DNA of 64,000 bases from Candidatus Amphirhobacter sp. (GTDB lineage: Bacteria; Pseudomonadota; Gammaproteobacteria; Tethybacterales; Tethybacteraceae), in assembly GCA_965222035.1 (NCBI GenBank), contig OZ244940.1, positions 1,529,537 to 1,593,536 of the forward strand, read 5' to 3'. Shown here piece by piece: positions 38,497-47,924 of the stretch. The notes under the pieces are model-generated. The model worked only from the letters and a program-made list of their open reading frames with translations. It ran no database searches and had not been told where the DNA came from. The first letter of the stretch is position 1. Each line of letters begins with the position of its first letter. Made by a program: the position numbers and the translations under genes.

Positions 38497-40050
38497 TCAG
38501 CGCTTGCTGGGCGCGGGCAGGACCTTGGCGGAGTTCTGCCAGTTGGGATCTGTTGAGTAATCGGAACTGTAATCTTCAGTGTAGATTGGGCCAGCCCTCA
38601 CATCCTCGTAGATCTTCGCACTGCCGATTTGCTTGACCAGGCGCAAATAAGGCGAGGAAAACAGATGATAGGTGAGGATGTGCGAGACCAGTTTCTTGCC
38701 GGGGTTCTGCTTGGTGGCATGATCGAACATCGACAGATTGTAAATAGGAATATTGCGATGCAGGTAGTAGTAATTAAAATTATGCACGGCAAACAATATG
38801 CCTTTCACATCATCTTGTTCTCGCAGCCAGGCGATGGCGGCGAAGAAATCGGGAGTGTTGTGCAAATAGCCGAGCTCGTCATTGTCCTTGTTGCTACCAC
38901 TGACATCGTAAACCCAGTAATCATTGACGGAGCCGGACGCGATCAGCATGCCGAAGGCCAGCTGAATGCCGACCAGGACGCGTACCAGGTCATGACGATA
39001 CCGGCGCAGCCGGGCGCGGCGGACCCAGTCGCTGAGCAGCCATCCTGCAGCTGGCATCCACAGGAAGAACAGCGGCGCCACAAAGCGGAACTCCTTGTGG
39101 GTGGCGAGCATGTGCGGCAGCAGGATGGACAGCGCCATTAGCAAGGTCAGCAGATGCAGGCGCGGACGTCGCAGCCAGGCGAAGATGGCGAGCAGGAAGC
39201 CGCCGGCCGAGATGAACAGCAGCCGCTGCGGATACACGAGCACGTCCCGTCCCGAATGGTAACCTTCAGTAGGATTGAAATTCCACAGCATATGTATGTA
39301 GATGGAGTTGAACGGCCGTCCCCAAGTGAGGAAATCAAGCAAGCCGTAGGCGATAATCGCCAGCAACCCTCCCGCTATTGAGCGGAGGGCCCAGCGTGCG
39401 GGCATGGTGATGGCGACCGCCAGCCACAGGATGCCGATGGCGGGCAGGTAGAGGTAGCGCAGGAAGAAGGCGAAGCCGAGCAGGATGCCGAACAGCCAGG
39501 CGCCCGCGTCGCCGCGGATGAATGGCCGTCCCGCCAAACCCATCGCGGCCGCCAGCATCACGCCTGACAGTGTCTCGGTCAAGGTTTTGGCCGCGAAGGT
39601 TATCAGGTAGAAGCTGACGACGCCGAGCAGCAATGCGATCCGCCCGGCGGCCTCGCCGTACTGATGCCGGGTGAAGTGGTACAGACCCCAGGGGATCAAC
39701 AGCGAGACAACGCAGAAGAAGGCTTCGACGAAGGGGACGTAATAGGTGGGATGGTCGATGCCTAGCCATTTGAACGGCAGCAGCAAAGCGGCGACGATTC
39801 CGGGCAGCAGATAGCTGCGCGCCCCCCAGTGCCATTCCCAGATCGTAATGCTGTAGCCGAAGGCCAGCCGATGGCCTTGCTCTTGGTAATGCCAGAGTTC
39901 ATCCGCAAAGGTGATGAAGTCGGAGAACATATGGAGGCCGAGCCGCAGCAGCAGTGCGGCTACCAGGCAATGCGGCAGGTACCGCCAGGACGGCTGGAAC
40001 GTCGTACCCGGCGCCTGGTGCATTCCCAGGCGACGCAGCTGTAGGATCAT
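38497..40050 (-). CDS. GT-C membrane glycosyltransferase, GT22-like, array copy 4
   Basis: FADELWHYQEQGHRLAFGYSITIWEWHWGARSYLLPG. The start is set at the conserved MILQLRRL; the ORF track extends to 40155. Confidence 0.65.
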   Translation of the reverse strand: MILQLRRLGMHQAPGTTFQPSWRYLPHCLVAALLLRLGLHMFSDFITFADELWHYQEQGHRLAFGYSITIWEWHWGARSYLLPGIVAALLLPFKWLGIDHPTYYVPFVEAFFCVVSLLIPWGLYHFTRHQYGEAAGRIALLLGVVSFYLITFAAKTLTETLSGVMLAAAMGLAGRPFIRGDAGAWLFGILLGFAFFLRYLYLPAIGILWLAVAITMPARWALRSIAGGLLAIIAYGLLDFLTWGRPFNSIYIHMLWNFNPTEGYHSGRDVLVYPQRLLFISAGGFLLAIFAWLRRPRLHLLTLLMALSILLPHMLATHKEFRFVAPLFFLWMPAAGWLLSDWVRRARLRRYRHDLVRVLVGIQLAFGMLIASGSVNDYWVYDVSGSNKDNDELGYLHNTPDFFAAIAWLREQDDVKGILFAVHNFNYYYLHRNIPIYNLSMFDHATKQNPGKKLVSHILTYHLFSSPYLRLVKQIGSAKIYEDVRAGPIYTEDYSSDYSTDPNWQNSAKVLPAPSKR

Positions 40051-40069
40051 GCTGGAACGGCGCTCGCGC

Positions 40070-41623
40070 TCAGCGTTTAATGGGCGCAGGCAGCACCTTG
40101 GCGGAGTGCCGCCATAGAGGTTCTTCATAATATATCGGATTGTAGTCATCGGCAACCGCCTGGTCCATTGCCATGTTCTTATAGATGCGAGCCAGCCCGA
40201 TGCGTTTGATCAAGGAGAAGCCAGGAGTGTCTAGTTGGTTATAGGTGAGCACATGCGAGACGAGTTTCTTGCCCGGGTGCTTGCTTGAGGCGTATTTTAG
40301 TCGTTCCAAGTTGTAAACAGGAACATTGCGGTGCAGATAATAGTAGTTGAAATTGTTGCCGCCGTAAAAAACTCCTTGCAGGTCTTCTTGCTCGTGCAGC
40401 CACGCAATGCCGGCGAAAAAGTCAGGGGTGTTGTGCAGGTAGCCGAGTTGGTCGGCGTCCTTGTCATAGTCGCCGACCTTGTAAATCCAGTAATCATTGA
40501 CGGCGCCAGTCGCAACCAGCAAGCCAAAAATCAGTTGGCTGGCGATTAGGATGCGAGCCAGATCATGGCGATAAGGGCGCAGCCGGGCGCGCCGGCTCCA
40601 GACGCTGAGCAGCCAGGCCGCGGCCGGCATCCAGAGGAAGAACAGCGGTGCCACAAAGCGGAACTCCTTGTTAGGGGCAAGCATGTGCGGCAAAAGGATG
40701 GCCAGGGATATCAGGATGGTCAGCAGATGCAGACGCGGGAGCCGTATCCAGGCGAAAATAGTGAGTAAGATGCCGCCGGCCGAAACGAATAACAGCCGCT
40801 GTGGATGAAAGATTTCACCGCCGCCAGAGTGAAAATCTTCCGGCGGGCTGAGGTTCCATAGCATGTGCATGTAGATTGAGTTGAACAGCCGCCCCCAGGT
40901 GAGATAGTCGAGCAATCCATATGCGATCACCACCAGCATCCCGCCAGCGATGGAGCGCAAGATCCAGCGCGCGGGCATGGCTATGGCGACCGCCAGCCAC
41001 AGGATGCCGATGGCGGGCAGGTAGAGGTAGCGCAGGAAGAAGGCGAAGCCGAGCAGGATGCCGAACAGCCAGGCGCCCGCGTCGCCGCGGATGAACGGCC
41101 GCCCCGCCAAACCCATCGCCGCCGCCAGCATCACGCCTGACAGTGTCTCGGTCAAGGTTTTGGCCGCGAAGGCTATCAGGTAGAAGCTGACGACGCCGAG
41201 CAGCAATGCGATCCGAGCAGCGGTCTCGCCGTGCTGGTGTCGGGTGAAATGGTACAGGCCCCACGGAATCAGCAGCGATAAAACGCAGAAGAATGCCTCG
41301 ACGCAGGGTACGTAATAGGCGGGATGGTCGATGCCTAGCCATTTGAACGGCAGCAGCAAAGCGGCGATGATCCCTGGCAGCAGATAGCTGCGTGCGCCCC
41401 AGTGCCACTCCCATAGAACGACGCCGTAACCAAAGGCCAGTTTATGGCCTTGCTCCAGGTAATGATGTAGTTCGTCTGGATAGGCGATGAAGTCGGAGAA
41501 CATATGAAGGCCGAGTCGCAGCAGCAGCGCAGCGGCTAGGCAATGCGGCAGATAGCACCAGGATGGCCTGCTCTTTGGCCCCGGTGCTTGGTACAGGTTT
41601 AGGCTCCGCAGGTAGGTTGCCAT
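40070..41623 (-). CDS. GT-C membrane glycosyltransferase, GT22-like, array copy 5
   Basis: YPDELHHYLEQGHKLAFGYGVVLWEWHWGARSYLLPG. The start is set at MATYLRSLNLYQAPG. Confidence 0.65.
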   Translation of the reverse strand: MATYLRSLNLYQAPGPKSRPSWCYLPHCLAAALLLRLGLHMFSDFIAYPDELHHYLEQGHKLAFGYGVVLWEWHWGARSYLLPGIIAALLLPFKWLGIDHPAYYVPCVEAFFCVLSLLIPWGLYHFTRHQHGETAARIALLLGVVSFYLIAFAAKTLTETLSGVMLAAAMGLAGRPFIRGDAGAWLFGILLGFAFFLRYLYLPAIGILWLAVAIAMPARWILRSIAGGMLVVIAYGLLDYLTWGRLFNSIYMHMLWNLSPPEDFHSGGGEIFHPQRLLFVSAGGILLTIFAWIRLPRLHLLTILISLAILLPHMLAPNKEFRFVAPLFFLWMPAAAWLLSVWSRRARLRPYRHDLARILIASQLIFGLLVATGAVNDYWIYKVGDYDKDADQLGYLHNTPDFFAGIAWLHEQEDLQGVFYGGNNFNYYYLHRNVPVYNLERLKYASSKHPGKKLVSHVLTYNQLDTPGFSLIKRIGLARIYKNMAMDQAVADDYNPIYYEEPLWRHSAKVLPAPIKR

Positions 41624-41627
41624 GCTG

Positions 41628-43184
41628 TCAACGTTTGATTGGCGAGGGCAGGAACTTGGCGGAGTGCTGCCATAGGATTTCATCCTCATATGTCGGGATG
41701 TAGTCATCGACGAACACCTGCCCTTCTCTGGAATCTTTATAGAGATAGACTTCGCCTATTTTATGCACTAGCTGAAAGCCAGGCTTATTGATTGGATTGT
41801 AGGCGATGACATGGGAAATTAGTTTCTTGCCTGGATGCTTTCGGGAAGCGAGGCCGAGCTTGACCAAATCATAGATGGGAACATCACGATGCAGATGGTA
41901 GTAGTTGAAATTGTCCTCACTGAAAAACACACCTTCTAAATCCTCTTGTTCATGCAGCCAGGCGAGGCCGGCGAAGAAGTCCGGGGTATTGTGCAGGTAT
42001 CCGAGCTGGTTGTTGCCTTTGTCAATATGCCCGACTTTGTAGATCCAATTATCCTTGACGGCGCCAAGCGCGACCAGCATGCCAAAGGCCAGCTGGGTGC
42101 CGATCAGGACGCGGGTAAGGTCATGGCGGTACCGGCGCAGCCTGGCGCGGCGGCCCCAGTCGCTGAGCAGCCAGCCGGCAGCCGGCATCCACAGGAAGAA
42201 CAGCGGCGCCACATAGCGGAACTCCTTGTGGTAAGTAAGCATGTGCGGCAGCAGGACGGCTAGGGACAGCAGTATGGCCAGCAAATGCGGGCGCGGCTGA
42301 CGCAGCCAGGCAAACAAGGCAAGCAGGATGCCTCCAGCTGAGACGAATAGCAGCCGCTGCGGGTAGAAAATCCCGTCGCCGGTATGGAAGCCTTCCTTGT
42401 CCACTGGATTGAGGTGCCAAACCAAGTGAGCGTAAATCGAGTTGAAAGGCCGTCCCCAGGTGAGGTAATCGAGCAAGCCGGCGGCGAGTACGGCCATCAT
42501 TCCCCCTGCGATGGAGCGCAAGGCCCAGCGCGAAGGCATGGCGACCGCGACCGCCAGCCACAGGATGCCAAGGACGGGCAGGTAGAGATAGCGCAGGAAG
42601 GCGGCGATGCCGAGCACGATTCCGAACAACCAAGCGCCGGCGTCGCCGCGGATGAACGGCCGGCCGGCCAGGCCCATCGCCGCCGCCAGCATTGTTGCGG
42701 TTAGTATGTCGGTCAGGGTCTTGGCCGCGAAGGCCAGCAGGTAGAAGTTGACGACGCCGAGCAGCAGGGCAATCCGAGCAGCGGCCTCGCTGTGATGGTG
42801 CCGGGTGAAGTGGTACAGCCCCCAGGGGAGCAGCAGCGAGAAAACGCAGAAGAAGGCCTCGACGACAGGCACGTAGTAGACAGGATGATCGAAGCCTAGC
42901 CACTTGAACGGCAGCAGCAGCCCAGCGATGATCCCTGGCAGCAGGTAGCTGTGCGTGCCCCAGTTCCACTCCCAGGTGATAAGGCCGTAGCCGAAGGCCA
43001 GTCGATGTCCCTGCTCCAGGTACTGATACAGTTCATCCGGATAGGAGATGAAGTCGGAGAACATATGCAGCCCGAGCCGCAGCAGCAGCGCCACAATCAG
43101 GCAATGCGGCAAGTAGCGCCAGGACGGTTGGGCCGTCGTACCAGGCGCTTGGTATATTCCCATGCGGCGCAGTTGAAGAATCAT
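41628..43184 (-). CDS. GT-C membrane glycosyltransferase, GT22-like, array copy 6
   Basis: YPDELYQYLEQGHRLAFGYGLITWEWNWGTHSYLLPG. The start is set at MILQLRRMGIYQAPG. Confidence 0.65.
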   Translation of the reverse strand: MILQLRRMGIYQAPGTTAQPSWRYLPHCLIVALLLRLGLHMFSDFISYPDELYQYLEQGHRLAFGYGLITWEWNWGTHSYLLPGIIAGLLLPFKWLGFDHPVYYVPVVEAFFCVFSLLLPWGLYHFTRHHHSEAAARIALLLGVVNFYLLAFAAKTLTDILTATMLAAAMGLAGRPFIRGDAGAWLFGIVLGIAAFLRYLYLPVLGILWLAVAVAMPSRWALRSIAGGMMAVLAAGLLDYLTWGRPFNSIYAHLVWHLNPVDKEGFHTGDGIFYPQRLLFVSAGGILLALFAWLRQPRPHLLAILLSLAVLLPHMLTYHKEFRYVAPLFFLWMPAAGWLLSDWGRRARLRRYRHDLTRVLIGTQLAFGMLVALGAVKDNWIYKVGHIDKGNNQLGYLHNTPDFFAGLAWLHEQEDLEGVFFSEDNFNYYHLHRDVPIYDLVKLGLASRKHPGKKLISHVIAYNPINKPGFQLVHKIGEVYLYKDSREGQVFVDDYIPTYEDEILWQHSAKFLPSPIKR

Positions 43185-43203
43185 GCTGGAGGTTGTGCCA
43201 CGC

Positions 43204-44757
43204 TCAACGCTTGACAGGCGGAGGCAGGATCTTGGCGGAGTGCTGCCAGAAGCGTTCATCAGGATAAGTCGGGACGTAGTCTGCGCTGTAAATTGGCAAA
43301 TCCCTTATGTCTTTGTAAATCCTGACGTTGCCGATTCTTTTGACGAGAACGTAATCGGGCTTAATCAAAGCGGCATAGGTGATGACGTGCGAAAACAGTT
43401 TCCGGCCGGGGTGCTTGAGCTGGGCGTTTTCCAATTTCCACTCATCATAGATGGGAACATCGCGATGTAGATAATAGTAGCTGAAATTATTTACATTGAA
43501 ATAAACACTCTCCACATCCTCTTGCTCATGCAGCCAGGCGATGCCGGCGAAAAAATCCGGCGTGTTGTGCAGATAGCCGAGCTCGACGTTGCCTTTGCCA
43601 ATATCCCCGACTTCGTAGATCCAATTGTCATTGATGGCGCCAAGCGCTACTAGTACGCCGAAGGCCAGCTGGATGCCAATCAGGCCGCGCATCAGGTCAT
43701 AGCGACACCAGCGCAGCCGGGCGCGGCGGCCCCAGCCGCTGACCAGCCAGCCAGCGGCCGGCATCCACAGGAAGAACAGCGGCGCTACATAGCGGAACTC
43801 CTTGTGGACGGTCAGCATGTGCGGCAGGAGGATAGCCAGGTACAGCAGCATGAGCAGCAGATGCAGGCGCGGTTGCCGCAGCCAGGCGATGATGGTAAGA
43901 ACGATGCAGCCGGCCGAGATGAACAGCAGCCGCTGTGGATAGAAGGATTCGCCGCCGCCGCTGTGGAAGCCCTCCGGTGGATTGAGATTCCACAGCATGT
44001 GCATGTAGATCGAGTTGAACGGGCGTCCCCAGGTGAGGTAATCGAGCAAGCCATAGGCGAATATGGCCAGCAGCCCGCCCGCGATCGAGCGCAGAGTCCA
44101 TCGCGCGGGCATGGTGATAGCGACCGCCAGCCACAGGATGCCGAGCGCTGGCAGATAGAGATAACGCAGGAAAGCGGCGACGCCGAGCAGGATGCCGAAC
44201 AGCCAGGCGCCGGCGTCGCCGCGGATGAACGGCCGGGAGGCCAGGCCCATGGCCGCCGCCAGCATGGTACCGGCCATGATCTCGGTCAACGTCTTGGCCG
44301 CGAAGGCCAGCAGGTAGAAGTTGACGACGCCGAGCAGCAGCGCGATCCGCCCGGCGGTCTCGCCGTACTGCTGCCGGGTGAAATGGTACAGCCCCCATGG
44401 AATCAGCAGCGAGACGATGCAGAAGAAGGCTTCGACGAAGGGGGCGTAATATGACGGATGGTCGATCCCCAGCCACTTGAACGGCAGCAGCAACGCCGCG
44501 ACGATGCCGGGCAGCAGATAATTGCGCGCGCCCCAGTGCCATTCCCAAAAGACGAGGCCGTAGCCGAACGCCAGCCTATGTCCCTGCTCCAGGTATTGGT
44601 GCAGTTCATCCGGGTAGACGACGAAGTCGGAGAACATATGCAGCCCGAGCCGCAGCAGCAGCGCCGCAAGCAGGCAATGCGGCAGGTAGCGCCAGGACGG
44701 CTGGACCGTCGCACCAGGCGCTTGGTACAGGTTGAGGCGGCGTAGCTGAAGAATCAT
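43204..44757 (-). CDS. GT-C membrane glycosyltransferase, GT22-like, array copy 7
   Basis: YPDELHQYLEQGHRLAFGYGLVFWEWHWGARNYLLPG. Confidence 0.7.
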   Translation of the reverse strand: MILQLRRLNLYQAPGATVQPSWRYLPHCLLAALLLRLGLHMFSDFVVYPDELHQYLEQGHRLAFGYGLVFWEWHWGARNYLLPGIVAALLLPFKWLGIDHPSYYAPFVEAFFCIVSLLIPWGLYHFTRQQYGETAGRIALLLGVVNFYLLAFAAKTLTEIMAGTMLAAAMGLASRPFIRGDAGAWLFGILLGVAAFLRYLYLPALGILWLAVAITMPARWTLRSIAGGLLAIFAYGLLDYLTWGRPFNSIYMHMLWNLNPPEGFHSGGGESFYPQRLLFISAGCIVLTIIAWLRQPRLHLLLMLLYLAILLPHMLTVHKEFRYVAPLFFLWMPAAGWLVSGWGRRARLRWCRYDLMRGLIGIQLAFGVLVALGAINDNWIYEVGDIGKGNVELGYLHNTPDFFAGIAWLHEQEDVESVYFNVNNFSYYYLHRDVPIYDEWKLENAQLKHPGRKLFSHVITYAALIKPDYVLVKRIGNVRIYKDIRDLPIYSADYVPTYPDERFWQHSAKILPPPVKR

Positions 44758-44775
44758 GCTGGAGGTTGTGCCACG

Positions 44776-46326
44776 TCAACGCTTGATAGGCGGCGGCAGG
44801 ATCTTGGCGGAGTGCTGCCAGTTGGGTCCCTCATAATACCTTGAATTGTAGCCGTCGATGTAGGTCGGCGTATCTCTGATGTCTTTGTAAATCCTGACGT
44901 TGCCGATTCTTTTGGCGAGAACGTAATCGGGATTAATCAAAGCGCTATAGGTGATGATGTGCGAAAACAGTTTCTGGCCGGGGTGCTTGAGCTGGGCGTC
45001 TTTCAATGTCCAGCTATTATAGATGGGGACATCGCGATGCAGATAATAGTAGTTGAAATTATTCACATTGAAATAAACGCTCTCCACATCCTCTTGCTCA
45101 TGCAGCCAGGCGATGCCGGCGAAAAAATCCGGCGTGTTGTGCAGATAGCCGAGCTGGTCGTTGACTTTGTCAATATGCCCGACCTTGTAGACCCAATTGT
45201 CATTGATGGCGCCAAGCGCTACTAGCACGCCGAAGGCCAGCTGGATGCCAATCAGGCCGCGCGCTAGGTCATGGCGATACCAGCGCAGCCGGGCGCGGCG
45301 GCTCCCGCTGACCAGCCAGCTAGCAGCCGGCATCCACAGGAAGAACAGCGGTGCCACATAGCGGAACTCCTTGTGGACGGTCAGCATGTGCGGCAACAGG
45401 ATAGCCAGGTACAGCAGCATGGTCAGCAGATGCCGGCGCGGTTGCCGCAGCCAGGCGAGGATGGTAAGCGCGAGGCAGCCGGCCGAGATGAACAGCAGCC
45501 GCTGTGGATAGAAGATCTCGCCGCCGCCGGTGTGAAAGCCCTCCGGTGGATTGAGGTTCCACAGCATGTGCATGTAGATCGAGTTGAACGGACGTCCCCA
45601 GGTGAGGAAATCGAGCAAGCCGTAGGCGATTATCGCCAGCAACCCGCCCGCGATCGAGCGCAAGGCCCAGCGTGCGGGCATGGTTGCGGCGACTGCCAGC
45701 CACAAAATGCCGAGCGCCGGCAGGTAGAGATAACGCAGGAAAGCGGCGACGCCGAGCAGGATGCCGAACAGCCAGGCGCCAGCGTCGCCGCGGATGAACG
45801 GCCGGCCCGTCAGGCCCATCGCCGCCGCCAGCATCACGCCGGCCAGCATGCCGGTCAGCGTCTTGGCTGCGAAGGCCAGCAGGTGGAAGCTGACGACGCC
45901 GAGCAGCAGCGCGATCCGCCCGGCGGCCTCGCCGTACTGCTGCCGGGTGAAATGGTACAGCCCCCACGGAATCAGCAGCGAGACGATGCAGAAGAAGGCT
46001 TCGACGAAGGGAACGTAATAGGAGGGATGGTCGATGCCCAGCCACTTGAACGGCAGCAGCAGTGCCGCGACGATGCCGGGCAGCAGATAATTGCGCGCGC
46101 CCCAGTGCCACTCCCCAAAGACGAGGCCGTAGCCGAACGCCAGCTTGTGTCCTTGCTCCAGGTACTGCTGCAGCTCGTCCGGATAGGCGACGAAGTCCGA
46201 GAACATATGCAGCCCGAGCCGCAGCAGCAGCGCCGCGATCAGGCAATGCGGCAGGTAGCGCCAGGATGGCTGGACCGTCGTACCAGGCGCTTGGTACAGG
46301 TTGAGGCGGCGCAGCTGGAGAAGCAT
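44776..46326 (-). CDS. GT-C membrane glycosyltransferase, GT22-like, array copy 8
   Basis: YPDELQQYLEQGHKLAFGYGLVFGEWHWGARNYLLPG (TWEW is replaced by FGEW). Confidence 0.7.
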   Translation of the reverse strand: MLLQLRRLNLYQAPGTTVQPSWRYLPHCLIAALLLRLGLHMFSDFVAYPDELQQYLEQGHKLAFGYGLVFGEWHWGARNYLLPGIVAALLLPFKWLGIDHPSYYVPFVEAFFCIVSLLIPWGLYHFTRQQYGEAAGRIALLLGVVSFHLLAFAAKTLTGMLAGVMLAAAMGLTGRPFIRGDAGAWLFGILLGVAAFLRYLYLPALGILWLAVAATMPARWALRSIAGGLLAIIAYGLLDFLTWGRPFNSIYMHMLWNLNPPEGFHTGGGEIFYPQRLLFISAGCLALTILAWLRQPRRHLLTMLLYLAILLPHMLTVHKEFRYVAPLFFLWMPAASWLVSGSRRARLRWYRHDLARGLIGIQLAFGVLVALGAINDNWVYKVGHIDKVNDQLGYLHNTPDFFAGIAWLHEQEDVESVYFNVNNFNYYYLHRDVPIYNSWTLKDAQLKHPGQKLFSHIITYSALINPDYVLAKRIGNVRIYKDIRDTPTYIDGYNSRYYEGPNWQHSAKILPPPIKR

Positions 46327-46346
46327 GCTGGGGACGGCGCCCGCGC

Positions 46347-47924
46347 TCAGCGCCTGATGGGCGGCGGCAGGACCTTGGCGGAGTTCTGCCAGTTGGGTTC
46401 TTCAAAGTACATCGGGGTGTATTCCTTGTCATAGATCGGCGCATCCCGAATGTCTTTGTAAATCTTGAGATGGCCGATTTGCTTGACGAGAACGTACTGG
46501 GGCGGGCTGAATTCGCCATAGGTGATGATGTGCGAGACGAATTTCCGATCCGGGTGCTTTCGCTGGGCATATAGATATTTCAAATCATCATAGATAGGGA
46601 CATCGCGATGCAGGTGGTAGTAGTTGAAATTATTCACATTGACATAAAGACCCTCCAAGTCATCTTGCTCATGCAGCCAGGTGAGGCCAGCGAAGTAGGC
46701 TGGGGTGTTATGCAGGTAGCCCATCTGGTCGATGCCCTTGTCATGACTGCCGACATTGTAGATCCAATTGTCCTTGACGGCGCCGATCGCGACCAGCAAG
46801 CCGAAGACCAGCTGCAAGGCGATCAGGCCGCGGGTCAGGTCATGGCGAATGTGGCGCAGCTGGGCGTGGCGGAACCAGGCGCTCAGCAGCCAGGCCGCGG
46901 CCGGTATCCACAGGAAGAACATCGGCGCTATATAGCGGAACTCCTTGTGGACGGTCAGCATGTGCGGCAGCATGATGGCTAGCGCCATCAGCAGGGTCAG
47001 CAGATGCAGGCGGGGCCGCCACAGCCAGGCGAGGACAGCGAACAGGATGTAGCCGGCCGAGATGAACAGCAGCCGCTGCGGATAGAAGATCTCGCCTTCG
47101 CCGGTGTGAAAGCCCTCCGTCGGGTTGAGGTTCCACAGCATGTGCATGTACATGGAGTTGAACATCCGGCCCCAGGTGAGGAAATCCAGCAAGCCGTAAG
47201 CGAGGATGGCCAGCAGTCCGCCCGCGAGTGAGCGCAGGATCCAGCGCGCGGGCATGGTGATAGCGACCGCCAGCCACAGGATGCCGAGCGCTGGCAGGTA
47301 GAGATAACGCAGGAAAGCGGCGACGCCGAGCAGGATCCCGAACAGCCAGGCGCCGGCGTCGCCGCGGATGAACGGCCGGCCACTCAGTCCCATGGCCGCC
47401 GCCAGCATCACGCCGGACAGCATGCCGGTCAGGGTCTTGGCCGCGAAGGCCAGCAGATAGAAGTTGACGACGCCGAGCAGCAGCGCGATCCGCCCGGCGG
47501 TCTCGCCGTACTGCTGCCGAGTGAAATGGTACAGGCCCCACGGGATCAGCAGCGAGACAAAGCAGAAAACAGATTCGACGAAAGGGACGTAATAGGAGGG
47601 ATGGTCGATGCCCAGCCACTTGAACGGCAGCAGCAGTCCAGCGACGATTCCCGGCAGCAGATAATTGCGCGCGCCCCAGTGCCACTCCCAAAAGACGAGG
47701 CCGTAGCCGAACACCAGCTTGTGCCCTTGCTCCAGGTACTGCTGCAGCTCGTCCGGATAGGCGACGAAGTCGGAGAACATATGGAGGCCGAGCCGCAGCA
47801 GCAACGCGGCGATCAGGCAATGCGGCAGGTAGCGCCAGGATGGCTGGACCGTCGGGCCCGGCGCTTGGTATATTCCCAGGCGGCGCAGCTGGAGCAGCAT
47901 GCTAGAGACGACGGTTGCGTTCAA
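46347..47924 (-). CDS. GT-C membrane glycosyltransferase, GT22-like, array copy 9
   Basis: YPDELQQYLEQGHKLVFGYGLVFWEWHWGARNYLLPG. Confidence 0.7.
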   Translation of the reverse strand: MNATVVSSMLLQLRRLGIYQAPGPTVQPSWRYLPHCLIAALLLRLGLHMFSDFVAYPDELQQYLEQGHKLVFGYGLVFWEWHWGARNYLLPGIVAGLLLPFKWLGIDHPSYYVPFVESVFCFVSLLIPWGLYHFTRQQYGETAGRIALLLGVVNFYLLAFAAKTLTGMLSGVMLAAAMGLSGRPFIRGDAGAWLFGILLGVAAFLRYLYLPALGILWLAVAITMPARWILRSLAGGLLAILAYGLLDFLTWGRMFNSMYMHMLWNLNPTEGFHTGEGEIFYPQRLLFISAGYILFAVLAWLWRPRLHLLTLLMALAIMLPHMLTVHKEFRYIAPMFFLWIPAAAWLLSAWFRHAQLRHIRHDLTRGLIALQLVFGLLVAIGAVKDNWIYNVGSHDKGIDQMGYLHNTPAYFAGLTWLHEQDDLEGLYVNVNNFNYYHLHRDVPIYDDLKYLYAQRKHPDRKFVSHIITYGEFSPPQYVLVKQIGHLKIYKDIRDAPIYDKEYTPMYFEEPNWQNSAKVLPPPIRR